Below are positions 8,823 to 17,335 of a DNA stretch of 29,895 nt, piece after piece. The translations under genes were made by a program, and so were the position numbers. The notes beneath the pieces were generated by a model. That model was given only the letters and a program-made list of their open reading frames with translations. It made no database searches and was not told where the DNA came from. Position 1 is the first letter of the stretch. The number at the start of each line of letters is the position of its first letter. Source of the DNA: a virus; IMG/VR virus record IMGVR_UViG_3300017746_000089; one strand, written 5' to 3'.

Positions 8823-9419
8823 TTATTTATTTAATTTATTTAATACTCTATCTAAAGTTGTTGCGAATTTTCCAGTTCCAAACTCTACTTTAGTTTTGTT
8901 AGATTTTGGTGCTGAATTTCTTGTAATTGGTTTTGTTGCAGCAGATAAATCTTCTTTTTTCTTATCTTCTACTTTTTCTTCTTCTTTGTCATCCATTAAA
9001 GAAGAATATTGTTTTTTAAGTTCTTCAATTTCAGATTTTACTTCCTCAATAACTGGTGCAATAACCTCAACTACTGCTTCAACTATTGCTTCAACTTCTG
9101 ATGCAACTTCTTCGGGTACTTCCGTTTCAATAGTTTCTTCTAAATCTTCAGTTTCTTCTTTAGCTGGTACATCATCAGATACATCTCTTACATCTGCAAT
9201 GATACCCTCTTCTTCTACGATCAATAACTTACCATCTTCAAGGATATATTCCCCTACTGGCATTGCTACTTTTTCATCATCGGTAACGATAAATACTTCG
9301 TTCCCTTTTTCTAATGATTCTGTTGTGATAACAGTACCATTCTCTAACTTCATTTCTTCAAGTTTTACCTCGATGTTTAGAAGCGTTTTTATGTCATTTA
9401 ACATTTTGGTTGCTTTCAT
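8823..9419 (-). CDS. Scaffolding protein (acidic)
   Basis: 198 aa, very E/D/K-rich (EETEDLEETIETEVPEEVASEVEAIVEAVVEV...). Positioned between the protease and the capsid gene. Confidence 0.55.
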   Translation of the reverse strand: MKATKMLNDIKTLLNIEVKLEEMKLENGTVITTESLEKGNEVFIVTDDEKVAMPVGEYILEDGKLLIVEEEGIIADVRDVSDDVPAKEETEDLEETIETEVPEEVASEVEAIVEAVVEVIAPVIEEVKSEIEELKKQYSSLMDDKEEEKVEDKKKEDLSAATKPITRNSAPKSNKTKVEFGTGKFATTLDRVLNKLNK

Positions 9420-9425
9420 AATACT

Positions 9426-9434
9426 TATATAACG
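9426..9434 (-). promoter_or_regulatory. CGTTATATA motif, copy B (minus strand: AAATCGTTATATAAGTATT ATG)
   Basis: 6 nt upstream of the scaffold ATG. Embedded in a ~40-nt element shared with copy C (AAACGCAAAA-N14-CGTTATATAA). Confidence 0.6.
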
Positions 9435-9458
9435 ATTTTTAATTTATTTTTTGCGTTT

Positions 9459-9623
9459 TTAGTCTGTTCTTGTTATTACACCTATGCCTTGTGCGTGTAT
9501 AGAACCATCACAACATTCAATAGAATACTTGTTAGTATCCCAACATAAACAAGCACGTGATGAACCAGTAGGTGGTGATGTTCTACTTGGTATAAAGGTT
9601 TTATTTTTGTTGTTTCTTGGCAT
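9459..9623 (-). CDS. Small Cys-rich hypothetical protein (54 aa)
   Basis: Hand translation MPRNNKNKTFIPSRTSPPTGSSRACLCWDTNKYSIECCDGSIHAQGIGVITRTD*. TAATG overlap with the upstream gene. Below the ORF-track size cutoff. Confidence 0.4.
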   Translation of the reverse strand: MPRNNKNKTFIPSRTSPPTGSSRACLCWDTNKYSIECCDGSIHAQGIGVITRTD

Positions 9624-10072
9624 TATCTCCAAAAATCATTAAGACCAACCCAACTTATAATTTCACGATATTTTGCTTTTGCATCACTATTTAATGATGA
9701 TGCGTTGTCCACTCTTTGTTTTATATCATCAAAATCATATAAAATTTCATTTGGATCAATACCTAATTCTTCTGCTTTAGTTTGTAATTCTAATAATGCA
9801 GTTAATAATTTTTCTGCGTATTCTTCTAAATTTGTTGTTTGCCCATTTACAATATAATCATCAATATTATATTTTAAACTTAATTCAGAATAAGCATCCA
9901 TAATTTCATCACCCCATTCATAAGCTAAATATGATGCTTCTGATTCAGCTTGTTCAAAACTATCTAATTCATTATTAATATCATCAACAAGTGATAAATC
10001 AACTTTATGCTTTTTTAAATCTACCTTTTTATTAGGCATTTTATCTAATACTTTTTCTAATCTACTTTTCAT
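9623..10072 (-). CDS. Hypothetical protein, paralog of 10076-10405
   Basis: N-terminus MKSRLEKVLDKMPNKKVDLKKHKVDLSLVDDI aligns with MKNNIEKVYGKLPKKKVGLKKHKIELGIVQDI. Also AEELGIDPNEI versus AQDLGVEMPSDT. Confidence 0.6.
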   Translation of the reverse strand: MKSRLEKVLDKMPNKKVDLKKHKVDLSLVDDINNELDSFEQAESEASYLAYEWGDEIMDAYSELSLKYNIDDYIVNGQTTNLEEYAEKLLTALLELQTKAEELGIDPNEILYDFDDIKQRVDNASSLNSDAKAKYREIISWVGLNDFWR

Positions 10073-10075
10073 TTT

Positions 10076-10405
10076 TTATTTATTTAATTTATCTTGTGCA
10101 AATCCTATAAAGTTATTAACCCTTTCAAATAATCTTTGTGTATCACTTGGCATTTCTACTCCTAAATCTTGTGCTTGTGAATATGCTTCATTAATAAGTT
10201 CTTCTGCTCTTAATAAAGTTTGTAAAGAATTTTCATATTCACCTAATGCTCTATCTTCCAAAGATCCAGCAGTTGAAAATTGTTCTTGTGCTTCGCTAAA
10301 TATTTGTATTATATCTTGTACAATACCTAATTCAATTTTATGTTTTTTTAAACCTACTTTTTTCTTTGGTAATTTTCCGTAAACCTTTTCAATGTTATTT
10401 TTCAT
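10076..10405 (-). CDS. Hypothetical protein, paralog of 9623-10072
   Basis: 109-aa ORF with a shared basic N-terminal ~32 aa and a shared C-terminal helix with the downstream gene. Confidence 0.6.
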   Translation of the reverse strand: MKNNIEKVYGKLPKKKVGLKKHKIELGIVQDIIQIFSEAQEQFSTAGSLEDRALGEYENSLQTLLRAEELINEAYSQAQDLGVEMPSDTQRLFERVNNFIGFAQDKLNK

Positions 10406-11003
10406 TGGTCAATATATTTATGATTTTATTTAATGTTTCTTGATCACTTTTATCTTTTGAATACTCCTCTTTAATTTTGTCATTAGGTGCTTCCATTTTG
10501 TCTGCAAAATACCCCTCAATAGAAAAACCTTTAACTTTATTTGTCTTAACATACTCTTGCCATATTTCAGCGTTATTAACTTTTACCGCACCCATCCAAG
10601 TACCTACTGGTACATTAAGTCCGTATTTTCTTGATTTGTCTTGTACCTCATCTTCTACTAACCAGCTTTCAACAAGTGTTAAACCACTTAAAGTTTCTGC
10701 GTGTTCTAATGTACTATTGTTTTGATAGCCATTCTTTAAATACATTTGTGATGCTTTTTGTACTGTATCTTTAGAAAAGTAAATGTAATATTCACCCTCT
10801 GCACCATTTCTATAAATAGGTTTATTAGGTATTAACAAAGCACCCATTAAGATTTTTTTATCACCATCTACTTGTGCTAATTTTATTTCTTGGTCTTTTA
10901 AAGCAATAAAGTCTGATTCAATAGCTGGACTTTCTACAATAGATATTGCTTCTACTCCTGCATCTTCTTGATCTTCATCTAAAATAAGTTCTATTATTTT
11001 CAT
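10395..11003 (-). CDS. XkdF-like putative prohead serine protease (Peptidase_S78_2-like)
   Basis: LEHAETLSGLTLVESWLVEDE...VPVGTWMGAVKVNNAEIWQEYVKTNKVKGFSIEGYF matches the XkdF pattern. Located upstream of scaffold and capsid. Confidence 0.7.
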   Translation of the reverse strand: MKIIELILDEDQEDAGVEAISIVESPAIESDFIALKDQEIKLAQVDGDKKILMGALLIPNKPIYRNGAEGEYYIYFSKDTVQKASQMYLKNGYQNNSTLEHAETLSGLTLVESWLVEDEVQDKSRKYGLNVPVGTWMGAVKVNNAEIWQEYVKTNKVKGFSIEGYFADKMEAPNDKIKEEYSKDKSDQETLNKIINILTNEK

Positions 11004-11006
11004 AAT

Positions 11007-11015
11007 TATATAACG
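11007..11015 (-). promoter_or_regulatory. CGTTATATA motif, copy C (minus strand: AAAACGTTATATAATT ATG)
   Basis: 3 nt upstream of the protease ATG. Shares extended upstream similarity with copy B. Confidence 0.6.
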
Positions 11016-11037
11016 TTTTTAATTTTAAATTTTGCGT

Positions 11038-12792
11038 TTATCCTATACTTGCACCCTCAATTATATTTCTATCCATTTCTTGTGCAGTAGAAACATCACT
11101 TGCAACTACGTATGCTTTTGTTGGTTGTTGTGTTTGACCACCTATTGCATCTGCTAATTGATTTGTACCACTTGCACCTACTATATTAAAAGCTGGGGGT
11201 AAACTTTCAGTTGTTGGTGCTGAACCACCACCACCACCACCACCACTTGGTACAGTTCCTTTGTTACCTCTACCACTTGGATCAACTGATTTTATTGCTG
11301 CTATGTTTTTTAATGCTGCTGCACCAGCTAAACCAGCTTGTATAAATGGATATGCTGGAAATACTTTTGTAATCGGAGAATCTTGTGCAGTTGTAAAAGC
11401 GTTCATTACACCTAAAGTTCCACTTATTGTTGCACTTGCTAATGCCATAGCTTTACCAGTTTTACTGTCTTTACCAGCAATATCAGCTAATAAATCAAAA
11501 CCTTGTTTTGCCATATTAAGTTTTGCATTTAAAACTTTTCTATCTAATTCTTCATCTTGTGCAGCAGTTTTGTCTTTTACACCTTGCTTTAATAATTCAT
11601 AATGTTCAACAATAGCTAATTTTTGTGCTTCGGTTGCATCTAACCTTTCTAATTCTGCTATTGTTTCTGACTGTTCTTTTTCAAGTTTTGCAATTTCACG
11701 TTCTTCATCAGTTAAAACCTTAAATTCATCTTGAATATCTTTTATACCTTGTAAACGTTCTAATTCTTTTTGTTCTGCTTGTAATCTATAAGTTTCATTT
11801 ATAGCATCTTCTTCTGCTATTCTTTGTGCTTCAAGTTCAGCAGTATCAAGCCCAAATTGTTTTGCTTTTTCTATTAAACCAAAATATTTATCACTTACTG
11901 CATTTAGTTCTTGTGTTTGTTTATCAAGTTGTTTTTGAAAATAAGCATCTTCAAGTTTAGCAATTTCTTCTATTGTTTTTGCTTTTTCTTCAATAGCTGG
12001 ATCAGTTTCAACTTTTTCTTCTTTTTTCTTTTTAGCTGGTGGGTTTAGTAATAAATCAATATCTAATTCTTCACCTTTTAGTTTGTTAAGTTTTCCTTGT
12101 AAATCATTTATTTTCTTTTGTTCTTCTGTACTTATTGAAGCAGTTTTTGCAAGTAATTCTACTTGTTTACTATAACCAAATAAAAACCCTTGAAAACCAG
12201 CGTTTATTTTATCCCAAGTTGTAACCTCTTTTGCTGCTGCTTGTTCTTGTAGTAATTGCGTTTCAAGTATTTTAATTGACCTTTTTAATATAGCATCTTT
12301 TGCTAATAATATTTGTTTTTGTTTTTCAAGATTTTCAGAATTAGATATACCCCTTTGTTCGTTGTATTTTTGTTCTTTTTGTAAAAGTGATAATTGGCTA
12401 TCAACTGATGTTAAAAGTTCATCATTTAATGCTTTTTGTCTTTCTAAATCTTTATTTATAAAACCTAATGCTTCACCTATTTCATCCCAATATTCAACAA
12501 CTAAACCTAAAGCAACAACTAAAGCACCAATACCAGTTGATATTAACGCACTTTTCATTGCCTTACCACTTAACTTTGCTGCTTTACCTACTGCAACTAA
12601 TTTAGATGCTAAACCACCAGTATATCTATCTAATGCCCTTACTGCTTCATTGCCAATTTGCATACCAGCAGATAAATCTTTACCAGCTTTTCTTGCACTT
12701 CTACCTGTATCTTTAACTTTTTTATTTAAGTCATCAACATTTTTTTGTGCTTCTTTAGTATTTGCTTGTAATTCTAAATTTATTTTTTCCAT
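11038..12792 (-). CDS. Tape-measure-like protein (alternatively an internal/ejection protein)
   Basis: 584 aa with long coiled-coil regions, a TM-like segment ISTGIGALVVALGLVV, a Gly-rich C-terminus (GGGGGGGS) and AGKDSKTGKAMALASATISGTLGV-type motifs seen in tape-measure proteins. Confidence 0.6.
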   Translation of the reverse strand: MEKINLELQANTKEAQKNVDDLNKKVKDTGRSARKAGKDLSAGMQIGNEAVRALDRYTGGLASKLVAVGKAAKLSGKAMKSALISTGIGALVVALGLVVEYWDEIGEALGFINKDLERQKALNDELLTSVDSQLSLLQKEQKYNEQRGISNSENLEKQKQILLAKDAILKRSIKILETQLLQEQAAAKEVTTWDKINAGFQGFLFGYSKQVELLAKTASISTEEQKKINDLQGKLNKLKGEELDIDLLLNPPAKKKKEEKVETDPAIEEKAKTIEEIAKLEDAYFQKQLDKQTQELNAVSDKYFGLIEKAKQFGLDTAELEAQRIAEEDAINETYRLQAEQKELERLQGIKDIQDEFKVLTDEEREIAKLEKEQSETIAELERLDATEAQKLAIVEHYELLKQGVKDKTAAQDEELDRKVLNAKLNMAKQGFDLLADIAGKDSKTGKAMALASATISGTLGVMNAFTTAQDSPITKVFPAYPFIQAGLAGAAALKNIAAIKSVDPSGRGNKGTVPSGGGGGGGSAPTTESLPPAFNIVGASGTNQLADAIGGQTQQPTKAYVVASDVSTAQEMDRNIIEGASIG

Positions 12793-12917
12793 ACTTGTTT
12801 CATTAGTTTGTAGCTATTCTTTACTGATGTAGGTAAAGCATATTTACCTTGTGCAATACGTATGTTTTCCGTTTCACCTTTTACTTCTTGTAATAAGTCT
12901 AATATATTTTTTATCAT
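12780..12917 (-). CDS. Small hypothetical protein (45 aa)
   Basis: Hand translation MIKNILDLLQEVKGETENIRIAQGKYALPTSVKNSYKLMKQVWKK*. ATGA overlap upstream; 13-nt overlap with the tape-measure-like gene start. Confidence 0.35.
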   Translation of the reverse strand: MIKNILDLLQEVKGETENIRIAQGKYALPTSVKNSYKLMKQVWKK

Positions 12918-15079
12918 AAATCAGTATTTAATAATTCAAATTCTGTTTTACCAGTTGTTAGGTTTGTAGTCATTGAATTTATTTTGTAATATTTTTGCCC
13001 TATTTCTATTCTATCATATAATTGTAAACTACTAAATATTTTATATGGTAGGTATGCAGTAACTTTTGTTAATCTTCTTGCTGGGCTAAACACTTCGTTA
13101 ATATAATTACTATATTGTGTTTGAAATAAAGTATCAGTAAAAGCAACAGAATCAGTAGCACTATTAGCAAGATATTCATTAACATAATTATCAAAATGTA
13201 TGTTTACTTTACTTGTACTTGAATCAATATCTTTACTATTCATAGGGATATGGTAATTATTAATTACAGTTCTATTACCTGCTAAATCTCTAATTGTTAT
13301 ATTAGTACCACTTGCTATTCTATATTTATAAAATATTAATGGTTCACCAATATAAGATTCTTGGTTATCATCTACAAAATAGCCATATTGAATATCAGTA
13401 TTTGAACCATTATTTTGATCAACTAACCTTTCATACATAACGTGTTCAAAAGGTATTTCTATTTTATATTCTGTACTTGGTGTATCGTAAACATTCCCAC
13501 CTAAAGAATAACTACTTGAACCCCAAACCTTATTGTTTAACTGATTAAATTGTTGTGCTAAAAATGTCTTAACACCTTTGTAAGTAAAATTTACTTTAGA
13601 AAAAGGTAAGGCAATATCAACTGCTGATTTTGTTACATCTAAATATTCATCAATATTAATTGGTATGACTTGCCCTTGTAATGTTGGTGCTTTATCATAA
13701 AATTCATCTAAAGGCTGCACTACAATAATATCATTTTCTACGTATGCAGTAAGATTAAACATTTGAAATAAACCAGTTAGAAAATCTATAATTTTCATTT
13801 TAGGTATTTGCTCTAATATATTAAATTCTATATCTAAATTTGTAGTAAACGCACTTACATTTTTGTATATATATATAGAGGTTATTGTTTGAATTGGATT
13901 TGGGAATGTATTATATATAATCGCTATTGATTTAACATACCATTCTATACCACCATTAGCAGCAAATTCAATAGTTGATGCACAAGCTATCTGTACAGCA
14001 TACAAACCCATATTATTTAAATCATCACCAAAATTTATAATTTGTGTTCCAGTTTGTTCAACAAAACCCCCTACTTCTTCACTACCATTAGCTAAATTAA
14101 AAACCTTTACACTATAAGGTACGTTTGATGTTAAAAGTGTTGGGGTTAATGTTAATATAACTTCTTGAAAATAAGTATTTCCATTGGGTATTTCTTGTGG
14201 ATAATTTAATTGTAACCTTAAATAACCATCTTGTATAATAGAATTACGAGGGTTATTACCAAATGATTCATACCAATCAGTAAATGTATTATAAACTCTT
14301 TCAACTTGTTCTTCTGCTGCTATTTCACCTTTTTTTCTATGTAACCACATATACAAATTATAAAAATCTGTATTTGATGTATCATTAAAAAAATCATCTG
14401 AAAACGTTATATCTGGGTATTGTAATTCTATTGCTGATATTATAGCTTGTAATCTTAAAGCATATTTGAATTGTGTAAATTTAAGACCATTATTAGCAAA
14501 CCCAGCTCGATAGTATAAATTTCCATCATCAGGTACATTTGAAGCACTATCATAAGTTGCTCTATCTGTATGCGTAATTAATGGTACAATCAAATTACCT
14601 AAATACTCATTTTGCATTGCTGCTAAAACTGTACTATAATTATAATCAGTATCTAATATACTTAACTCCGTTAAATTACTTAATTGATCATCACCTAAAA
14701 TATCTTTTAAATTAACTGTATTGCCATAAAAAGTTATCTTATATGTATGTGGTACGTTGTTTTTTAAATCAACTCCAGTTAATGCTATTTTGCCTTTTTT
14801 AAATGGTATATCGTTTAATTCTAATGAAGCATTTACTTTTACCCTTGCATCAAAACCATTTACAATATCATAGTTATAGTAATGGTCAAATATTTTATTA
14901 TTTTTTTTTGAAGCTGGTAATGCAAAGGTTTTAGTAAATTCAGTAAAGATTTTTTTTAAGTCTTTTACGTTCTGTATCGTTTGTGTAAAAGATACAGATT
15001 CATCTTTGAATTGGTCTACTCTTTCATCTTCTGTATAAACTGATACATTACCTATGTATAAAACTAACTTTTGTTGCAT
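12914..15079 (-). CDS. Large tail/baseplate-type structural protein
   Basis: 721-aa ORF in the tail-gene block. Stop-start overlaps on both sides. No catalytic motif recognised. Confidence 0.4.
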   Translation of the reverse strand: MQQKLVLYIGNVSVYTEDERVDQFKDESVSFTQTIQNVKDLKKIFTEFTKTFALPASKKNNKIFDHYYNYDIVNGFDARVKVNASLELNDIPFKKGKIALTGVDLKNNVPHTYKITFYGNTVNLKDILGDDQLSNLTELSILDTDYNYSTVLAAMQNEYLGNLIVPLITHTDRATYDSASNVPDDGNLYYRAGFANNGLKFTQFKYALRLQAIISAIELQYPDITFSDDFFNDTSNTDFYNLYMWLHRKKGEIAAEEQVERVYNTFTDWYESFGNNPRNSIIQDGYLRLQLNYPQEIPNGNTYFQEVILTLTPTLLTSNVPYSVKVFNLANGSEEVGGFVEQTGTQIINFGDDLNNMGLYAVQIACASTIEFAANGGIEWYVKSIAIIYNTFPNPIQTITSIYIYKNVSAFTTNLDIEFNILEQIPKMKIIDFLTGLFQMFNLTAYVENDIIVVQPLDEFYDKAPTLQGQVIPINIDEYLDVTKSAVDIALPFSKVNFTYKGVKTFLAQQFNQLNNKVWGSSSYSLGGNVYDTPSTEYKIEIPFEHVMYERLVDQNNGSNTDIQYGYFVDDNQESYIGEPLIFYKYRIASGTNITIRDLAGNRTVINNYHIPMNSKDIDSSTSKVNIHFDNYVNEYLANSATDSVAFTDTLFQTQYSNYINEVFSPARRLTKVTAYLPYKIFSSLQLYDRIEIGQKYYKINSMTTNLTTGKTEFELLNTDL

Positions 15080-16077
15080 TATCTAATGTTGTTTATATAA
15101 TCAAATGCTTCTTCAAAATCAATAGTGTATTCTATTAATCTATCATTAACAGATGTTTTAAATTGTATAGATGATTTTTTTACTTTTACTGGTATAACTT
15201 CATCAGCACCACTAACTTTATTTATTCTTTCATACCAAACGTACTCACTTAATAAAAGTTCTTCAAAGAAATTATTAGCACCTTGTGGATAGTAACCACT
15301 ACTTAAAGTAAATGTTTGTTTAGCAGTTGTGTTAAATGTTTTGTTTGGTGCATCAGAAATAGAATAAGTAGCTGGGTTATTTGTATTTGGATATGTCAAT
15401 ACATTTGCTTTGTAACCCTCGTTTTGTCTTGCAAGTGTTTTTGTTTCTTTTAAGAAAAACCATAAGTCTTGCTGCACCCCATAACGATTAATAAATATAA
15501 TTTTTTTACCACTTCCATATTTAGTACATTCTATTCGTTTTATAGTTGATGGATATGTACCACCTATTGCAGTTGATCCTTGTGCAAAACTAATTACTTG
15601 TATTCCACTACCTAAAGTTTCGGGTACTTTGCCAGTAAAAGCAGAAACACCAGCTACACTTTTAGGATAGTATAATTGTACTTCGTTTGTATCTGGGTTT
15701 TTAGAAATTAAATAATTAGCTGTTGGTAGGGTTGGGTTGGTGTTTTCTTCATAATATCCGTAACCCTCAAAACCTTTGTCTACAAATGATGTTACAGAAC
15801 CAACTACTGAACCAGTAGCATTTAAACCACTATAATTTGTTAGTGTTGTAGTTATTGAAATTTCTTGTGGTACGTATGTTGAATCATAATATATATCTAA
15901 ATAATCTCTTGCAAGTTCTGATATATCAAAATTTACAGTTGTGCTTTTTCTTACGTTTTTTATTAATGTATATCTTGAAATACTATCAATAGTAATTTCA
16001 CATAGTGTTGAAGCTACACCACTAACTGGTATTTCTTTATATTTAAATTGTGGACTTCTTAAAGCTAATCTTGGCAT
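15079..16077 (-). CDS. Tail structural protein (hypothetical)
   Basis: 332-aa ORF translationally coupled to the 721-aa gene. Function not recognisable by eye. Confidence 0.35.
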   Translation of the reverse strand: MPRLALRSPQFKYKEIPVSGVASTLCEITIDSISRYTLIKNVRKSTTVNFDISELARDYLDIYYDSTYVPQEISITTTLTNYSGLNATGSVVGSVTSFVDKGFEGYGYYEENTNPTLPTANYLISKNPDTNEVQLYYPKSVAGVSAFTGKVPETLGSGIQVISFAQGSTAIGGTYPSTIKRIECTKYGSGKKIIFINRYGVQQDLWFFLKETKTLARQNEGYKANVLTYPNTNNPATYSISDAPNKTFNTTAKQTFTLSSGYYPQGANNFFEELLLSEYVWYERINKVSGADEVIPVKVKKSSIQFKTSVNDRLIEYTIDFEEAFDYINNIR

Positions 16078-16080
16078 ATC

Positions 16081-16620
16081 TTATTTTTTTGCTGCTAATA
16101 CTATTGCATATTCTACATCTAATGCAAATGCTTCTTGTAATTCTTGTGGTAACTTTTCAAAACCCATTTCAAATGATTTGGTAAAAAACATAGTTGCCTT
16201 AATTCCTTTTTTCTTTATACTATCAGCTAATATATAACCCATAGTTTTATACGATCCAAACCTACCCTTTTTATCTCTTGGTTGTAAACCTCTAAACTTT
16301 GCCCACTTTGAAAAAATACCAGTATGGTATTCTAACCCTCTTAACTTACTGCTTGGCTTATAACTAAATGGACTGTTTTTGTTTTCTATGTAATTACTAT
16401 TAACACCCTTAACACCTCTATCTTGAAATTCCCCATAGTCTACCATTTTAAAATCAATAATAAAACCATCATCTGCTTTTTCAAAATCATACTTTAATGA
16501 ATTGTATAATTCGCTTGTGTAGTTTTGGTCTTTTTTAGTTAGCCTTGTTTTTGACTGCTGGATAACATAATCAGAAAATGATTTTAATGCTTTTTGTGTA
16601 TAGATAGTTTTCATTAGCAA
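16081..16620 (-). CDS. Hypothetical neck/head-tail joining protein
   Basis: 179-aa ORF. The YGEFQDRGVKG segment is vaguely HK97 gp10-like. Position-based call. Confidence 0.3.
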   Translation of the reverse strand: MLMKTIYTQKALKSFSDYVIQQSKTRLTKKDQNYTSELYNSLKYDFEKADDGFIIDFKMVDYGEFQDRGVKGVNSNYIENKNSPFSYKPSSKLRGLEYHTGIFSKWAKFRGLQPRDKKGRFGSYKTMGYILADSIKKKGIKATMFFTKSFEMGFEKLPQELQEAFALDVEYAIVLAAKK

Positions 16621-17081
16621 ATAGTTATATCATTGTATATTAATATTTCTATTCCACAAGACCACCCAGCTAACATATTTTCAAACCTATCATAAAAAGG
16701 TTCTAATGATGGGTTACCCTCAAGCTGGTACATATCAGTATGCAGTTGCCCTTTTCTTAAATTTTGAATCAGTTTGTTTAATACGCTTAACTGCGTGTTT
16801 AAAATATCTTGTTCGTTGTTGTTACCTACGAATCTATCAAGTGTTTCTGTTTTGCTTTGATCTACAATATCACAAGCAATTACTGTAATGTTAAATCTTA
16901 ATACTTGTTCTTCTGCTACTACGTTGTTTACTATGATATGACCTAAAGGGAAAATATCTTGTTTGTTTAAATTCAAATTAGAAACATCACCAGTTGAAAC
17001 AGTATTTATATTTGTATCTGCAAGTAGTTGTTCTTTTATTGTTTCGGTTAATTGATAAAAACCTCTTATACCTTGATTCAT
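16614..17081 (-). CDS. Hypothetical neck/tail completion protein
   Basis: 155-aa ORF. ATGA overlap with the stop of the -1 frame ORF 17078-17335. Confidence 0.3.
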   Translation of the reverse strand: MNQGIRGFYQLTETIKEQLLADTNINTVSTGDVSNLNLNKQDIFPLGHIIVNNVVAEEQVLRFNITVIACDIVDQSKTETLDRFVGNNNEQDILNTQLSVLNKLIQNLRKGQLHTDMYQLEGNPSLEPFYDRFENMLAGWSCGIEILIYNDITIC

Positions 17082-17335
17082 CTTTTGAATTTACTTTTAA
17101 TTTGTTTTGATTCTATTTCGTTTTTTTCCTTTACAAATGATAACATCATAAAACATTTATGTACTTCTAATTTGGTGATATCTTCAAGTCTTGTAATATC
17201 CCCATTAGCGAGTGTGTATACTGACTGATACCATCCCCATTTTCTGCTAAAATTTGCTGATGCGTTAAGTTCGTTACCTCCCCCAGTTCCGAATAGTTCA
17301 GAATAGTTTTCGATAAGTCTATCCCTAAATTCCAC
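17078..17335 (-). CDS. -1 frame extension ORF, probably expressed only as a frameshift fusion with 17167-17817
   Basis: No ATG in the first ~60 codons. The frame opens only 13 codons upstream of the T10 run. Its stop is ATGA-coupled to the next gene. Confidence 0.5.
   Translation of the reverse strand: MEFRDRLIENYSELFGTGGGNELNASANFSRKWGWYQSVYTLANGDITRLEDITKLEVHKCFMMLSFVKEKNEIESKQIKSKFKR

Noticed and set aside
8785-9432. 215-aa + strand ORF, S/F/T-rich
   Set aside because: It is an antisense shadow of the E/D/K-rich scaffold gene (GAA/GAT read backwards gives TTC/ATC-type codons) and has a low-complexity composition. The same reasoning applies to the other + strand ORFs in the track (for example 5089-5352, 7908-8156, 11261-11602, 12362-12832, 15941-16237, 20251-20529, 22275-22556).
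14196-14204. Second perfect DnaA-box 9-mer (tgtggataa) plus a one-mismatch copy at 15284-15292
   Set aside because: Both are inside tail structural genes, far from any replication function, and are most simply chance occurrences. They weaken the significance of the box at 21426-21434.
17078-17335. Treating the 85-codon ORF as an independent GTG-initiated gene
   Set aside because: The GTG sits directly against the T10 run with no room for initiation signals. There is no ATG for ~60 codons, and the frame is open upstream across the slippery site. A frameshift fusion (or a homopolymer sequencing error) is the more economical reading.
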